54,000 nt of DNA from an uncultured delta proteobacterium (GTDB taxonomy: Bacteria; Desulfobacterota; Binatia; UBA9968): assembly GCA_963737905.1 (NCBI GenBank), contig CAVTUQ010000020.1, positions 1-54,000 of the forward strand, written 5' to 3'. Shown one piece after another: positions 8,209-16,139 of this stretch; within the stretch, counting starts at the first letter, position 1; the number at the start of each line of letters is the position of its first letter. The notes beneath the pieces are model-generated. The model made no database searches. It saw only the letters and a list, made by a program, of their open reading frames with translations, and was not told the DNA's origin. Both the position numbers and the translations under genes were made by a program.

Positions 8209-9457
8209 ATGTCAAAGATTTTCATTAGTTACCGTAGGGAGGATTCAGCTGGCTATGCACTCGCCGTCCACAGTCAACTTGTCCGACATTTTTCTAAGGA
8301 TCAAATATTCATGGACGTAGCTACCGTGGAGCCTGGAGTAGACTTCGTCCGTGCGATTGAAGAGGCAGTAGGCAAATGTGACGTTTTGGTGGCACTAATC
8401 GGTAAGCGGTGGGCGGGAAGAGAACCCGATGGTACATCACGACTCGACAATACAAAGGACTATGTTCGGCTGGAAGTTTCTGCGGCCCTGGCACGGGATA
8501 TACGGGTAATCCCCGTGCTGGTCGATGGCATGACTATGCCTAACGAAAACAGCCTCCCTTCTCCTGTCCAATCCATTACTCGGCGCAACGCAATTGAAAT
8601 TAGTAACACTCGTTTCAACTACGATGCAGACCAATTGATTACTGCGGTTCGTAAGGTTCTTGATGCGACCGAGGCCAAACGAAAAGCTGACGAAGAGAAC
8701 GAAAGAAATCGTATACAGCGCAGTCTCAAGCCTGGCCCAGTTTTTCACGACAAACTTAAAGATGGCTCACAAGGGCCGGAGATGGTGGTAATTCCGGCGG
8801 GAACGTTTCTTATGGGCGATATCAAACGGCGATGGATACGACTTCGAGCGACCCGCGCACATCGTGCGAATCACCAAGCCGTTTGCGATAGGTCGGTACG
8901 AAGTTACCTTTGAAGAATATGATGAATTCGCGGCCGCCACGGCTACCGAATTGCCAGATGATCTTGGTTGGGGTCGAGGTCGGCGCCCGGTGATTAACGT
9001 TTCCTGGGAGGATGCTGTGAGATTCGCACACTGGTTATCGTCAGAAACTGGAAAGTCTTATCGTTTACCCAGTGAGGCCGAGTGGGAATACGCGGCAAGA
9101 AGTGGCGACAAAACACAGACCTGGGCGGGAACTTCAGATGAACGAAAGCTGAGCGTTTATGCCTGGTACCGAACGAATAGCGGCGGCAAGACTCAGGCGG
9201 TGGGAGGTAAGAAGCCCAATCGTTTTGGACTATACGACATGAGCGGTAATGTTTGGGAGTGGGTCGAGGATTGTTGGCATCACGATTACAACGGTGCACC
9301 CACAGATGGGTCTGCTTGGTTAATACGTGGGGGCGTGATACGAGGGGGTTCCTGGGACAACTACCCAAAAAGCCTACGTTCGTCGGACCGGGGCAAGTTC
9401 AGCATCCATTACGGGCGTAAATTCCTCGGCTTTCGTCTCGCCCAGGATCTTGATTAA
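8209..9457 (+). pseudogene. TIR domain + FGE-sulfatase (C-type lectin fold) protein with one frameshift
   Basis: TIR: IFISYRREDS...DYVRLEV. FGE: PEMVVIPAGTFLMG, RYEVT, RPVINVSWEDA, RLPSEAEWEYAAR, GLYDMSGNVWEW, RGGSW...GFR. Removing one A at 8824-8826 joins both ORFs (DINGDGYDFERPAHIVRITKPF) into about 415 aa. Confidence 0.88.
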
Positions 9458-9495
9458 CCCCCACTTTCTCTTTGTTCTTTTACCCTTTCTCGGCT

Positions 9496-9598
9496 GTTGA
9501 GTTCACCGAGTGGACGCCGGATGGTCAACCTGAGACATTCGAGGTTTGTAGGGTTGAGGGAAGATAAAGCGGCCAGGAAGGTTGTGCGAGAGGGTTGA
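9496..9598 (+). pseudogene. ATP-dependent DNA ligase (LigD-type) C-terminal OB-domain stub
   Basis: VEFTEWTPDG, frameshift, then (H)LRHSRFVGLREDKAARKVVREG*; hallmark LigD ending 'EWT.DG.LRH..F.GLR.DK'. Confidence 0.8.
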
Positions 9599-9642
9599 AC
9601 CCTCTAAAGAAAACACATTACGTTTATATGCTCAGCTGTCTT

Positions 9643-9912
9643 TTAGTTGTCGTGTTTGGGTTTAAGGCTATAACGAATCAAAAGCGTCGCGCCGTCGCCG
9701 TTCCAAGATTCGCTGAGAACTCGGTCGCCAGGACGCATCATCCTTGTCATCGTATCATGGCAAATCGACATCCTGGGTTTCGAGTTTGGATCGCCTCCTA
9801 TCTGAGAGTAGAGACTATCCGATTCCAAATCCAGGTAAGGTTTTCCACTGTGCTTCGCCTCGTTTAGAATAGCCAATAGTTTGTTGCGAAAGTCCCATGC
9901 CGTGGGTGTCAT
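9643..9912 (-). CDS. Small hypothetical protein (paralog of 130-381)
   Basis: GGAGG SD; full-length similarity to 130-381. Confidence 0.8.
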   Translation of the reverse strand: MTPTAWDFRNKLLAILNEAKHSGKPYLDLESDSLYSQIGGDPNSKPRMSICHDTMTRMMRPGDRVLSESWNGDGATLLIRYSLKPKHDN

Positions 9913-10180
9913 TACTTTCCTCCAGTTGAATTTAGAACCTAACTCCGTGGAAATATGCAGAAAACAACGATTAGGCGGTTCGCAGACTCTCTTTAAGAGT
10001 TCCGACTTCCTTTTGGGGCGTTGATTTTGCCGTCCACATACGGTCGATCGAATCTAAGGCTGAATTTGGAAAATGCAAGTCTGATTTGCCTGGAATAAGA
10101 AAAAAATTGTCGAATTGTAGGACTAGCCCTCGGTTGGCAGGGTTTATATGGCATCTGTCCTGTACGTGTCGACGAGGTTG

Positions 10181-10285
10181 GGTTGACAGGTGACAGGTAG
10201 TGACGCTGCTTTTGGGAACTTTCTATAAATCATTTTCATATAGGGATTTTCTAAAATCCGCGTCACCTAGTGTCACCCGTCACCC
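10181..10285. repeat. Inverted iteron arrays flanking an AT-rich spacer (origin-like)
   Basis: Left arm GGTTGACAGGTGACAGGTAGTGACGC (10181-10206) matches the reverse complement of 10260-10285 at 20/26. Three (G/T)TGAC units per arm; 53-bp AT-rich spacer. Confidence 0.65.
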
Positions 10286-10447
10286 TGGGCTAAATCGCCC
10301 GTTGCCATTGCCCACCCTTTCGACTGAGGCATCGCGGTTCTTGCCACCTCACGACTCTCTTAGCCAACTCTGCCAATCTCCGCACTTCTGAGACTTATCC
10401 GTAGCGGTCTCCGGCTTGCTCTACCCATCCATTGGGGGAGTAGCCGC

Positions 10448-10528
10448 TTGCCTGAAATCCTTCTGCTAATTGGGTCGTGTCTCATCGTCCTCGGCATCGT
10501 GCTTCTACGGCGCAAGAACCGGGGTTAG
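10448..10528 (+). CDS. 26-aa single-TM micropeptide
   Basis: SD GGGGGAG 7 nt before TTG; MPEILLLIGSCLIVLGIVLLRRKNRG*; ends 4 nt before the next gene. Confidence 0.45.
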   Translation: MPEILLLIGSCLIVLGIVLLRRKNRG

Positions 10529-10532
10529 ATCA

Positions 10533-10970
10533 ATGCTGAGAAAATGCTACGCCGCCGAAAGGGGCATGGTGTCCGACGGATGGATTTCGCTGGACCCCGC
10601 CGACATTGGACTCGTCGAATCGGTCTACAAAAAGACCCTCCGCGAGGGCGAGGAAAGACTCATGCTCGCGGTGCTAGAAAATGCCGTTGAATATTTCCAG
10701 AAGTATGTGCTTGCACGGAACCCTCGCGGGAAGCAGCTATTTCAAGAAGCCGAGGAATGGTTTCTGGATAAGGACGGCGATGGGCTTTTCTCGTTTGAAA
10801 GCATCTGTGCGACATTCGGGCTGCATCCTGACCACATACGGAAGGGCTTGATGGTCTGGAAGGAAGCACGGCTCAAGACCCCTTCTGTTCAAAGCCACAC
10901 TGCAAGTCGATCCAAGCTGGCAAAGAGTCGCGTCAAGCACACTTCAGTCAGATTGTCCAAGACTGCATAA
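10533..10970 (+). CDS. Conserved hypothetical protein (EERLMLAVLENAV family)
   Basis: ExRLMLAVLE.AV..FQKY...LF.EAEEW...FSFE.IC...GL.P..IR.GL motif, recalled as an expanded family in Binatia-like genomes. Confidence 0.75.
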   Translation: MLRKCYAAERGMVSDGWISLDPADIGLVESVYKKTLREGEERLMLAVLENAVEYFQKYVLARNPRGKQLFQEAEEWFLDKDGDGLFSFESICATFGLHPDHIRKGLMVWKEARLKTPSVQSHTASRSKLAKSRVKHTSVRLSKTA

Positions 10971-10999
10971 ATCTCTCTTGTGGAGACCTTCCTCAACAA

Positions 11000-11173
11000 A
11001 TGAACACGGCCGATTTAGAACGCCTCAAGGAAAAGGAAGATGCCGTAATCAAAATGATTGATAGCTGGCCGCGAATCTTTCAGCTCCTCGTCTACCGGCA
11101 GCTTTACGCTTTCGGTATCCGAATCGGCAATATCGATTCTGAGATTGAGAAAGAATTGAAAAAGGATGCCTGA
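11000..11173 (+). CDS. 57-aa hypothetical protein (below the ORF track cutoff)
   Basis: MNTADLERLKEKEDAVIKMIDSWPRIFQLLVYRQLYAFGIRIGNIDSEIEKELKKDA*; fills the gap in a co-oriented run. Confidence 0.45.
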   Translation: MNTADLERLKEKEDAVIKMIDSWPRIFQLLVYRQLYAFGIRIGNIDSEIEKELKKDA

Positions 11174-11239
11174 GAAGTCTCAGCCGGAGTGTGATTCGAT
11201 GCCTAACAGTACTCCAATCGCAAACCTACAGAAGGTCCA

Positions 11240-11614
11240 GTGAAGAAAATTCTTATCGTGGAAGATAACAGTGATTACCGTGAGATAATGAATCTATTCA
11301 TAACAAAGATTGGACATCGGGTTATAAAGGCCAGCAACAGCAAAGAAGCCATCATGTACGCGGAAGCCGAAGGGCCGGACCTCATTTTCATGGATATGGA
11401 TCTGCCGGATCTGGACGGAGTCAATACAACCGCATTACTTAAACAGAATTCCAAAACCTCTCACATTCCTGTGGTCGCGTTTACGGCGTGCATCTCTGAA
11501 CTATGGCTGGAAAAAGCTTCAAGAGTGGGTATTACAACCTACTTGATAAAACCGGTGTCACTTCAGACTTTAAAGGAGACCATCCAGGATTACACTAACC
11601 GGTCGCCCACCTGA
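11240..11614 (+). CDS. Single-domain response regulator (DivK/CheY-like)
   Basis: ILIVEDN, PDLIFMDMDLPDLDG (phospho-Asp), IPVVAFTA, YLIKP. Confidence 0.9.
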   Translation: MKKILIVEDNSDYREIMNLFITKIGHRVIKASNSKEAIMYAEAEGPDLIFMDMDLPDLDGVNTTALLKQNSKTSHIPVVAFTACISELWLEKASRVGITTYLIKPVSLQTLKETIQDYTNRSPT

Positions 11615-11628
11615 AGCGAGGTATAGCT

Positions 11629-11889
11629 TTGAATCTTGTATTTTGTTTCGCCCTTTTTCTCGGTCTCGCTGTGGCTACACAAGGCCGGGCCGAGGAATAT
11701 TACATTTACCACGATCCCGATGGAAAGTTGGTTATCTCGAATAAGGAGCCGCCGCCAGGGAGCAAAATCATAAAACGACTTCCCGGAGTGACTGATAGGG
11801 AAGTCCCCCAAGCGCAAGCCCAAGAACCTGGTAAGACGCCGCCAAACGGACAGCCAGAAGGTTCACTGAAGCCGCCCAACACGAAGTAG
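11629..11889 (+). CDS. Small secreted DUF4124-like protein
   Basis: Signal peptide, then YIYHDPDGKLVISNKEPP and a Pro-rich tail. Confidence 0.7.
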   Translation: MNLVFCFALFLGLAVATQGRAEEYYIYHDPDGKLVISNKEPPPGSKIIKRLPGVTDREVPQAQAQEPGKTPPNGQPEGSLKPPNTK

Positions 11890-11894
11890 AGCAC

Positions 11895-12065
11895 GTGCAA
11901 ACCCACCTTACAATCATAGCTCTAAGCCTGTGGTTAATTGTATTCCTGGGCCTAACCTGCGTCGTCTTCGCGTTGGTCTCCATGTGGAAGGAAAGAACCG
12001 GTTTGGCTCGCCGCTTCGAGGCATCATCTAGTTCACCGTCGCCATCGCAGGTTCTTGTGCTGTGA
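11895..12065 (+). CDS. Small membrane protein, 56 aa
   Basis: GTG start 5 nt after the previous stop; long hydrophobic segment IIALSLWLIVFLGLTCVVFALV. Confidence 0.35.
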   Translation: MQTHLTIIALSLWLIVFLGLTCVVFALVSMWKERTGLARRFEASSSSPSPSQVLVL

Positions 12066-12141
12066 TCGCCGTCCTCGCGGGATACGTCCAGAAAGCTCGG
12101 TCGTTGGAGAAGGTCACGAACCGAGTGAAGACTGTTGGTTT

Positions 12142-12693
12142 TTATTTTCTGTTACGTCTAGAGAGCAAAAAGCCTAGACCAAGACCTATCAATAAAGATC
12201 GCACGGGGTAGCGACGAACCAAGCCCCAGAAGTCTTCTCCCAGATGTTCAAATTTTTTCTCTTGCAGATAATTACTTGCTGATTCCAACCCATCCGCTAC
12301 TTTGACTGCATTTGTGGCTAAATGCGGCGCCTTTTCCCGAATCGCGCTAGCCAGTGATTTCATCTTCTCACCGATGACAGGTGCCGCCTCGTTCGCCTTT
12401 TTCGCGGCAGTCGCGCCGAACTCCTGTGCCTTGGCTGACATATTGCCAATGGCACCGCCTGTCCTTTCGTTGTAGTCTTGAAGACGCCGCTCCATCTCTT
12501 GCTCGGCCTGCTCGCGAGCGTATCCGTACCTCTCCTGTAGCAAGCCGATCAGCTTGTCCTTCTGGCCGCCGATCCTGTCGACATCGTCATCAGTGAGCTT
12601 ACCCCACCAGGTTTTAAGCTCGCCGCGCATTCGCTTCCACTTTCCTGCCAAAATGTCCCCGTTTATGGAACCGGTCTCGATATTATTTTCCAT
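12142..12693 (-). CDS. CsbD-like domain fused to an ElaB/DUF883-like tail
   Basis: GKWKRMRGELKTWWGKLTDDDVDRIGGQKDKLIGLLQERYG (CsbD/YjbJ); C-terminal VRRYPVRSLLIGLGLGFLLSR (DUF883-like anchor); SD GGAGG before ATG 12693. Confidence 0.85.
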   Translation of the reverse strand: MENNIETGSINGDILAGKWKRMRGELKTWWGKLTDDDVDRIGGQKDKLIGLLQERYGYAREQAEQEMERRLQDYNERTGGAIGNMSAKAQEFGATAAKKANEAAPVIGEKMKSLASAIREKAPHLATNAVKVADGLESASNYLQEKKFEHLGEDFWGLVRRYPVRSLLIGLGLGFLLSRRNRK

Positions 12694-12791
12694 TTCTCGC
12701 TTACCTCCTATACTTTCAGAATAGTCCAAGAAATCCCCCGTGCAAGTAGGTTTGAGAAAAGGGCAAAGGGGAGCCGGAGCTTCTTGAAAGC

Positions 12792-12830
12792 CTAGCTGCC
12801 CACAACCCTCGTTAGAAGATCAGCCAAGCG
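12792..12830 (-). pseudogene. S1/P1 nuclease extreme C-terminal stub (copy B)
   Basis: RLADLLTRVVGS*; DNA matches the end of the 14515 copy (CG.TTGGCTGATCTTCT.ACG). Confidence 0.6.
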
Positions 12831-13229
12831 AGGGGTTAGAATGCGATAAGCGCCCAATCCAGCGGATAGAAATAACTCGTTAGCAGGGTCGTCAAGTAAA
12901 AGGAAACAAGGAATGTCAGGGTGGCTAGAGATAGCCGAAGCAGGTTGGCCATGAGATGATCCTCCCGGTGCTCTTTGTCGCTGCCTCATATCGTGAATCC
13001 AGGGCGAACGCCAGACTCGCTAATTTCAAGCCCACTGTCACCCGTCACACCCTATCGGGATGGCGCGAGATAAGCTCCTCTATTATCTTACCGCTCAAGC
13101 AAAAATTACTGTCGTCAGTTAATTCTTTCTCTATTGAGACTTGAGTTCTTGGTATTTCTGTAAACGTTTGACGCACATAGGATAGGATTGTGTAGTGGCT
13201 CGCAGGTTGCAGTCTTATGACTCTGCAAG

Positions 13230-13442
13230 ATGAAACACCTGATATATCATGGCTACTTAGTCACGATCGCGGCGAATAATGAAAAGGGAGTCTGGCGAGG
13301 ACATGCAATTATCAACTGGGACAAGGGGAAATTTGACTTGCATGATGAAGTTTGTTTCCCAACCGATATGGAAGCCGAGGAACACGCCGTAGAATTGGCA
13401 AAGCATTGGGTGAACAATCACCTTCAGAAAATGCAGGGGTGA
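13230..13442 (+). CDS. CV_2116-like small protein
   Basis: YHGYLVTI...GVW...I.W...FPTDMEAEEHAVELAKHWVNN. Confidence 0.65.
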   Translation: MKHLIYHGYLVTIAANNEKGVWRGHAIINWDKGKFDLHDEVCFPTDMEAEEHAVELAKHWVNNHLQKMQG

Positions 13443-13473
13443 CTAAACGCGAGTGCTTGAGGGGGGGGGGGGG

Positions 13474-13680
13474 ACCGGCTTGCACTAACAACGTATCCCA
13501 CAGGAAGCACAGGGGCCGCTACTACCACCGTGCAATCCTTGTTTCCACCCTTTGGCGTCCCAATCCGTCCATCGTTACGGTAAGCAATATTCGTCGCAAT
13601 CTCGTAGCTCTCTTTTGCCCACGACTCAAAGTCATTGTTTACAAGTTCGGTGAGCCGCCCCACTGAAACTCTTGGCGGTT
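13474..13680 (-). pseudogene. S1/P1 nuclease C-terminal fragment (copy C)
   Basis: NRQEFQ, frameshift, then RLTELVNNDFESWAKESYEIATNIAYR...APVLPVGYVVSASR; collinear with 14590-14800; ends at a G13 tract. Confidence 0.8.
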
Positions 13681-13887
13681 TTTCCCAAGTGAGTAAGCCG
13701 GTGGGCAGAAAAGGTTATCTGACGCAAGAGTAGAGTAAGCGCAATTATCCTTCGCACTCGATCATTCTCGTGCCGCACTATCTCCCTGTGTCAAAAAGTC
13801 ATAGAGGCTGCGCAAAAACGCCTCAGCAGAGTGATTCTTTCATAGCTACACAAGCGTAAAGATTGGGAGCAAGAGAGCCAAGCTACT

Positions 13888-13903
13888 TGGCATTTCTATT
13901 GCT
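13888..13903 (+). promoter_or_regulatory. Putative sigma54 promoter
   Basis: TGGCAT-TTCTA-TTGCT (GG-N10-GC), 100 bp upstream of CDS 14003. Confidence 0.6.
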
Positions 13904-14002
13904 GCTTTAAATAGAGACGCAACCCAACGCGTTGGATTAATAACTAACGGCCGGTATCGATGCGACTCTGGAATCCGATCTGGACGAGACTGGGAGATTC
14001 AA

Positions 14003-14389
14003 ATGAAAACCCAAAAATGGAATGTTGCCTTAGCGTTAGCGTTTTGTTTTATCGCGCCCGCGTCTGCCATCTCTGGGCCGACTTTAATTCGTCCAACAAC
14101 TGAACGAATTCTAGTGACTAGGCCAATAGCCTGGACCAGTTATGCGGATAATGCGTATGACTACAAGGGCGTCGTCGCAAGCTGGGAGAACGCTGTAATC
14201 TTCCAGGACGGCATTTACTATCTTAGCTCTCCCGTATTTGGGCCGTGGCCAGAAAAGGCAGCGGGTCGTTATTCGATTATGGGCGAGAAATCTCTCTATT
14301 CGATTCAGGGCGAAGGCGGATGGCCCGGTCTCGATGTGAAGCAAACACTCATCCCTTCTCTGCAAGTAAAAAATGAGTACGTAAATTGA
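14003..14389 (+). CDS. Secreted hypothetical protein (possibly truncated)
   Basis: SD GGGAG; signal peptide ending ASA; no recognised domain. Confidence 0.6.
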   Translation: MKTQKWNVALALAFCFIAPASAISGPTLIRPTTERILVTRPIAWTSYADNAYDYKGVVASWENAVIFQDGIYYLSSPVFGPWPEKAAGRYSIMGEKSLYSIQGEGGWPGLDVKQTLIPSLQVKNEYVN

Positions 14390-14514
14390 TCCAGATGCTT
14401 CATTGGTAATTCCATGAAACACTTCAATCCGTTAACCACCAAAAAGTCTCGGTTTGGAAGACAAAAAGCGACAGGAAGGTTAAGCCTCTAATCTGAGATG
14501 AAGTCTTCCCTCAC

Positions 14515-15037
14515 TCAAACCATTCCAGTTAGCTGCGTCAGAAGATCAGCCAACCGGTATCCCGCCAGAATTATCCTTCGATCAGCAATGCGGCTCGCAC
14601 TAACAACGTAGCGCACAGAAAGAACGGGGGCCGATGCGACCATCGTGCAGTCCAGCTTCTCACCCTTCGGAATTCCAATCTGTCCCCCACTACGGTAAGC
14701 AAACTTCGCCGCAATCTCGAAGCTTTCCTTGCCCACGACTCAAAGCCGGTGTTCGCAAGTTCAATGAGCTGACCCCGCTGAAAACTCCTGCCGGGTTCGC
14801 AGTGCCGTCGCCTCGTTTCGCAGGCGGGTCAGATTTGAGCTTGAAGTAATCACCCCGTCCCAAAACCTGTGTAGGTTCATCGGTTGCCGCGTTTGCGTCA
14901 CCCGGACACAGATTTCGTTTCCACCCCTATCGCCGTTTGGGTAGTCAAAGGTGAAAAGCTGTGCCGTGTGTAGGGGCTGGTGTATGTCGCCTATGAGATG
15001 GAACAGCCATGCGAGTGCGATTGCCCTTCGCTCACGG
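14515..15037 (-). pseudogene. S1/P1 nuclease, C-terminal half with two frameshifts (copy D)
   Basis: AIALAWLFHLIGDIHQPLH...DRGGN...NLHRFWD...WxxES...AGYRLADLL, the Zn-binding S1/P1 motifs. Frameshifts near 14783 and 14730; N-terminus missing. Confidence 0.9.
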
Positions 15038-15121
15038 TTGCCACCTATGCCATATCCGATGAACAAGGGGCAAGGAAAAAGCTCTGGACAACCGGCAATG
15101 AACCGCAGTAAACAGGCCAGT

Positions 15122-16105
15122 ATGGGTAAGAAAACGATCATTGTTTTTCTGGTCGGGTTACTTCTCGCTTCAGTCCATCTCGCCGAGGCGCAGCAGCTGA
15201 AGAAAATAGCGCGAATCGGTCTTCTCTTTCAGTCCAGCCCCTCGTTTACCTCGCCTCAGATCGACGCATTGCGCCAAGAGCTGCGTGAGCTGGGTTATGT
15301 GGAGGGTAGAAACGTTTCCTTTGAGCGCCGATACGCAGAAGGAGAACTCAATCGGCTGGCTGCTCTTGCCGGTGAATTAGTTCGGTCTAAAGTCGATGTC
15401 ATCGTCGCCACCTCCACTCCTGGGGTCTTGGCTGCCAAGAATGCGACCAACGAGATCCCCATTGTCTTCCATACCATCAACGATCCCGTAGAGACTGGTG
15501 TTGTTGCTAGTCTTGCTCGTCCAGGCGCAAACATTACGGGGGTGACGATGGGTGGCGCGGAGTTGTATGGGAAACGGTTGGAGCTTCTCAAGGAAACGAT
15601 ACCAAGACTCTCCCGTGCGGCGTTCCTGTTGAATCCCACAACTTCAGCCGGTCAACTGAACTTAAAGGAAACACTGGCCGCAGCTAAAGCATTACTGTTA
15701 CAGATTCAATCCCTTGAAGTGCGCACGCCGGAGGATATCGCGCCGGCATTTGATGCAGCAATCCGCGCAAAAAACGGTGCGATGCTGATCACGCAGATCC
15801 CCCCGATCTCAACGCATTCAAAACAGATTATCGACCTGGCGGCAAAGCATCGGCTGCCCGTGATCTACCCCCAAAGGCAATGGTCCGACTCCGGTGGTCT
15901 AATGAGTTACGGAGCAAACGTAAATGACAGCTACCGGCAATTAGCTACCTATGTGGACAAGATCTTGAAGGGTGCAAGGCCGGCGGACTTACCCGTGGAG
16001 CGATCAAGGAAATTGGAGTTCATCGTCAATCTCAAAACCGCCAAGCAGATCAGGCTAACGATTCCACCTAACGTTCTGGCTAGGGCAGATCAGGTGATCA
16101 AGTGA
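15122..16105 (+). CDS. ABC transporter substrate-binding protein (PF04392-like), orphan
   Basis: Signal peptide (AEAQQ), LRELGYVEGRN, DPVETGVVASLARPGANITG, KRLELLKE, GGLMSYG, IPPNVLARAD. Confidence 0.92.
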   Translation: MGKKTIIVFLVGLLLASVHLAEAQQLKKIARIGLLFQSSPSFTSPQIDALRQELRELGYVEGRNVSFERRYAEGELNRLAALAGELVRSKVDVIVATSTPGVLAAKNATNEIPIVFHTINDPVETGVVASLARPGANITGVTMGGAELYGKRLELLKETIPRLSRAAFLLNPTTSAGQLNLKETLAAAKALLLQIQSLEVRTPEDIAPAFDAAIRAKNGAMLITQIPPISTHSKQIIDLAAKHRLPVIYPQRQWSDSGGLMSYGANVNDSYRQLATYVDKILKGARPADLPVERSRKLEFIVNLKTAKQIRLTIPPNVLARADQVIK

Positions 16106-16139
16106 GGAAGCACCATGGCAGAACCAGATAAAAAGCCTG

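Noticed and set aside
14951-15121. N-terminal extension of the ABC substrate-binding ORF
   Set aside because: Partly antisense to the S1/P1 remnant; the signal peptide begins at ATG 15122.
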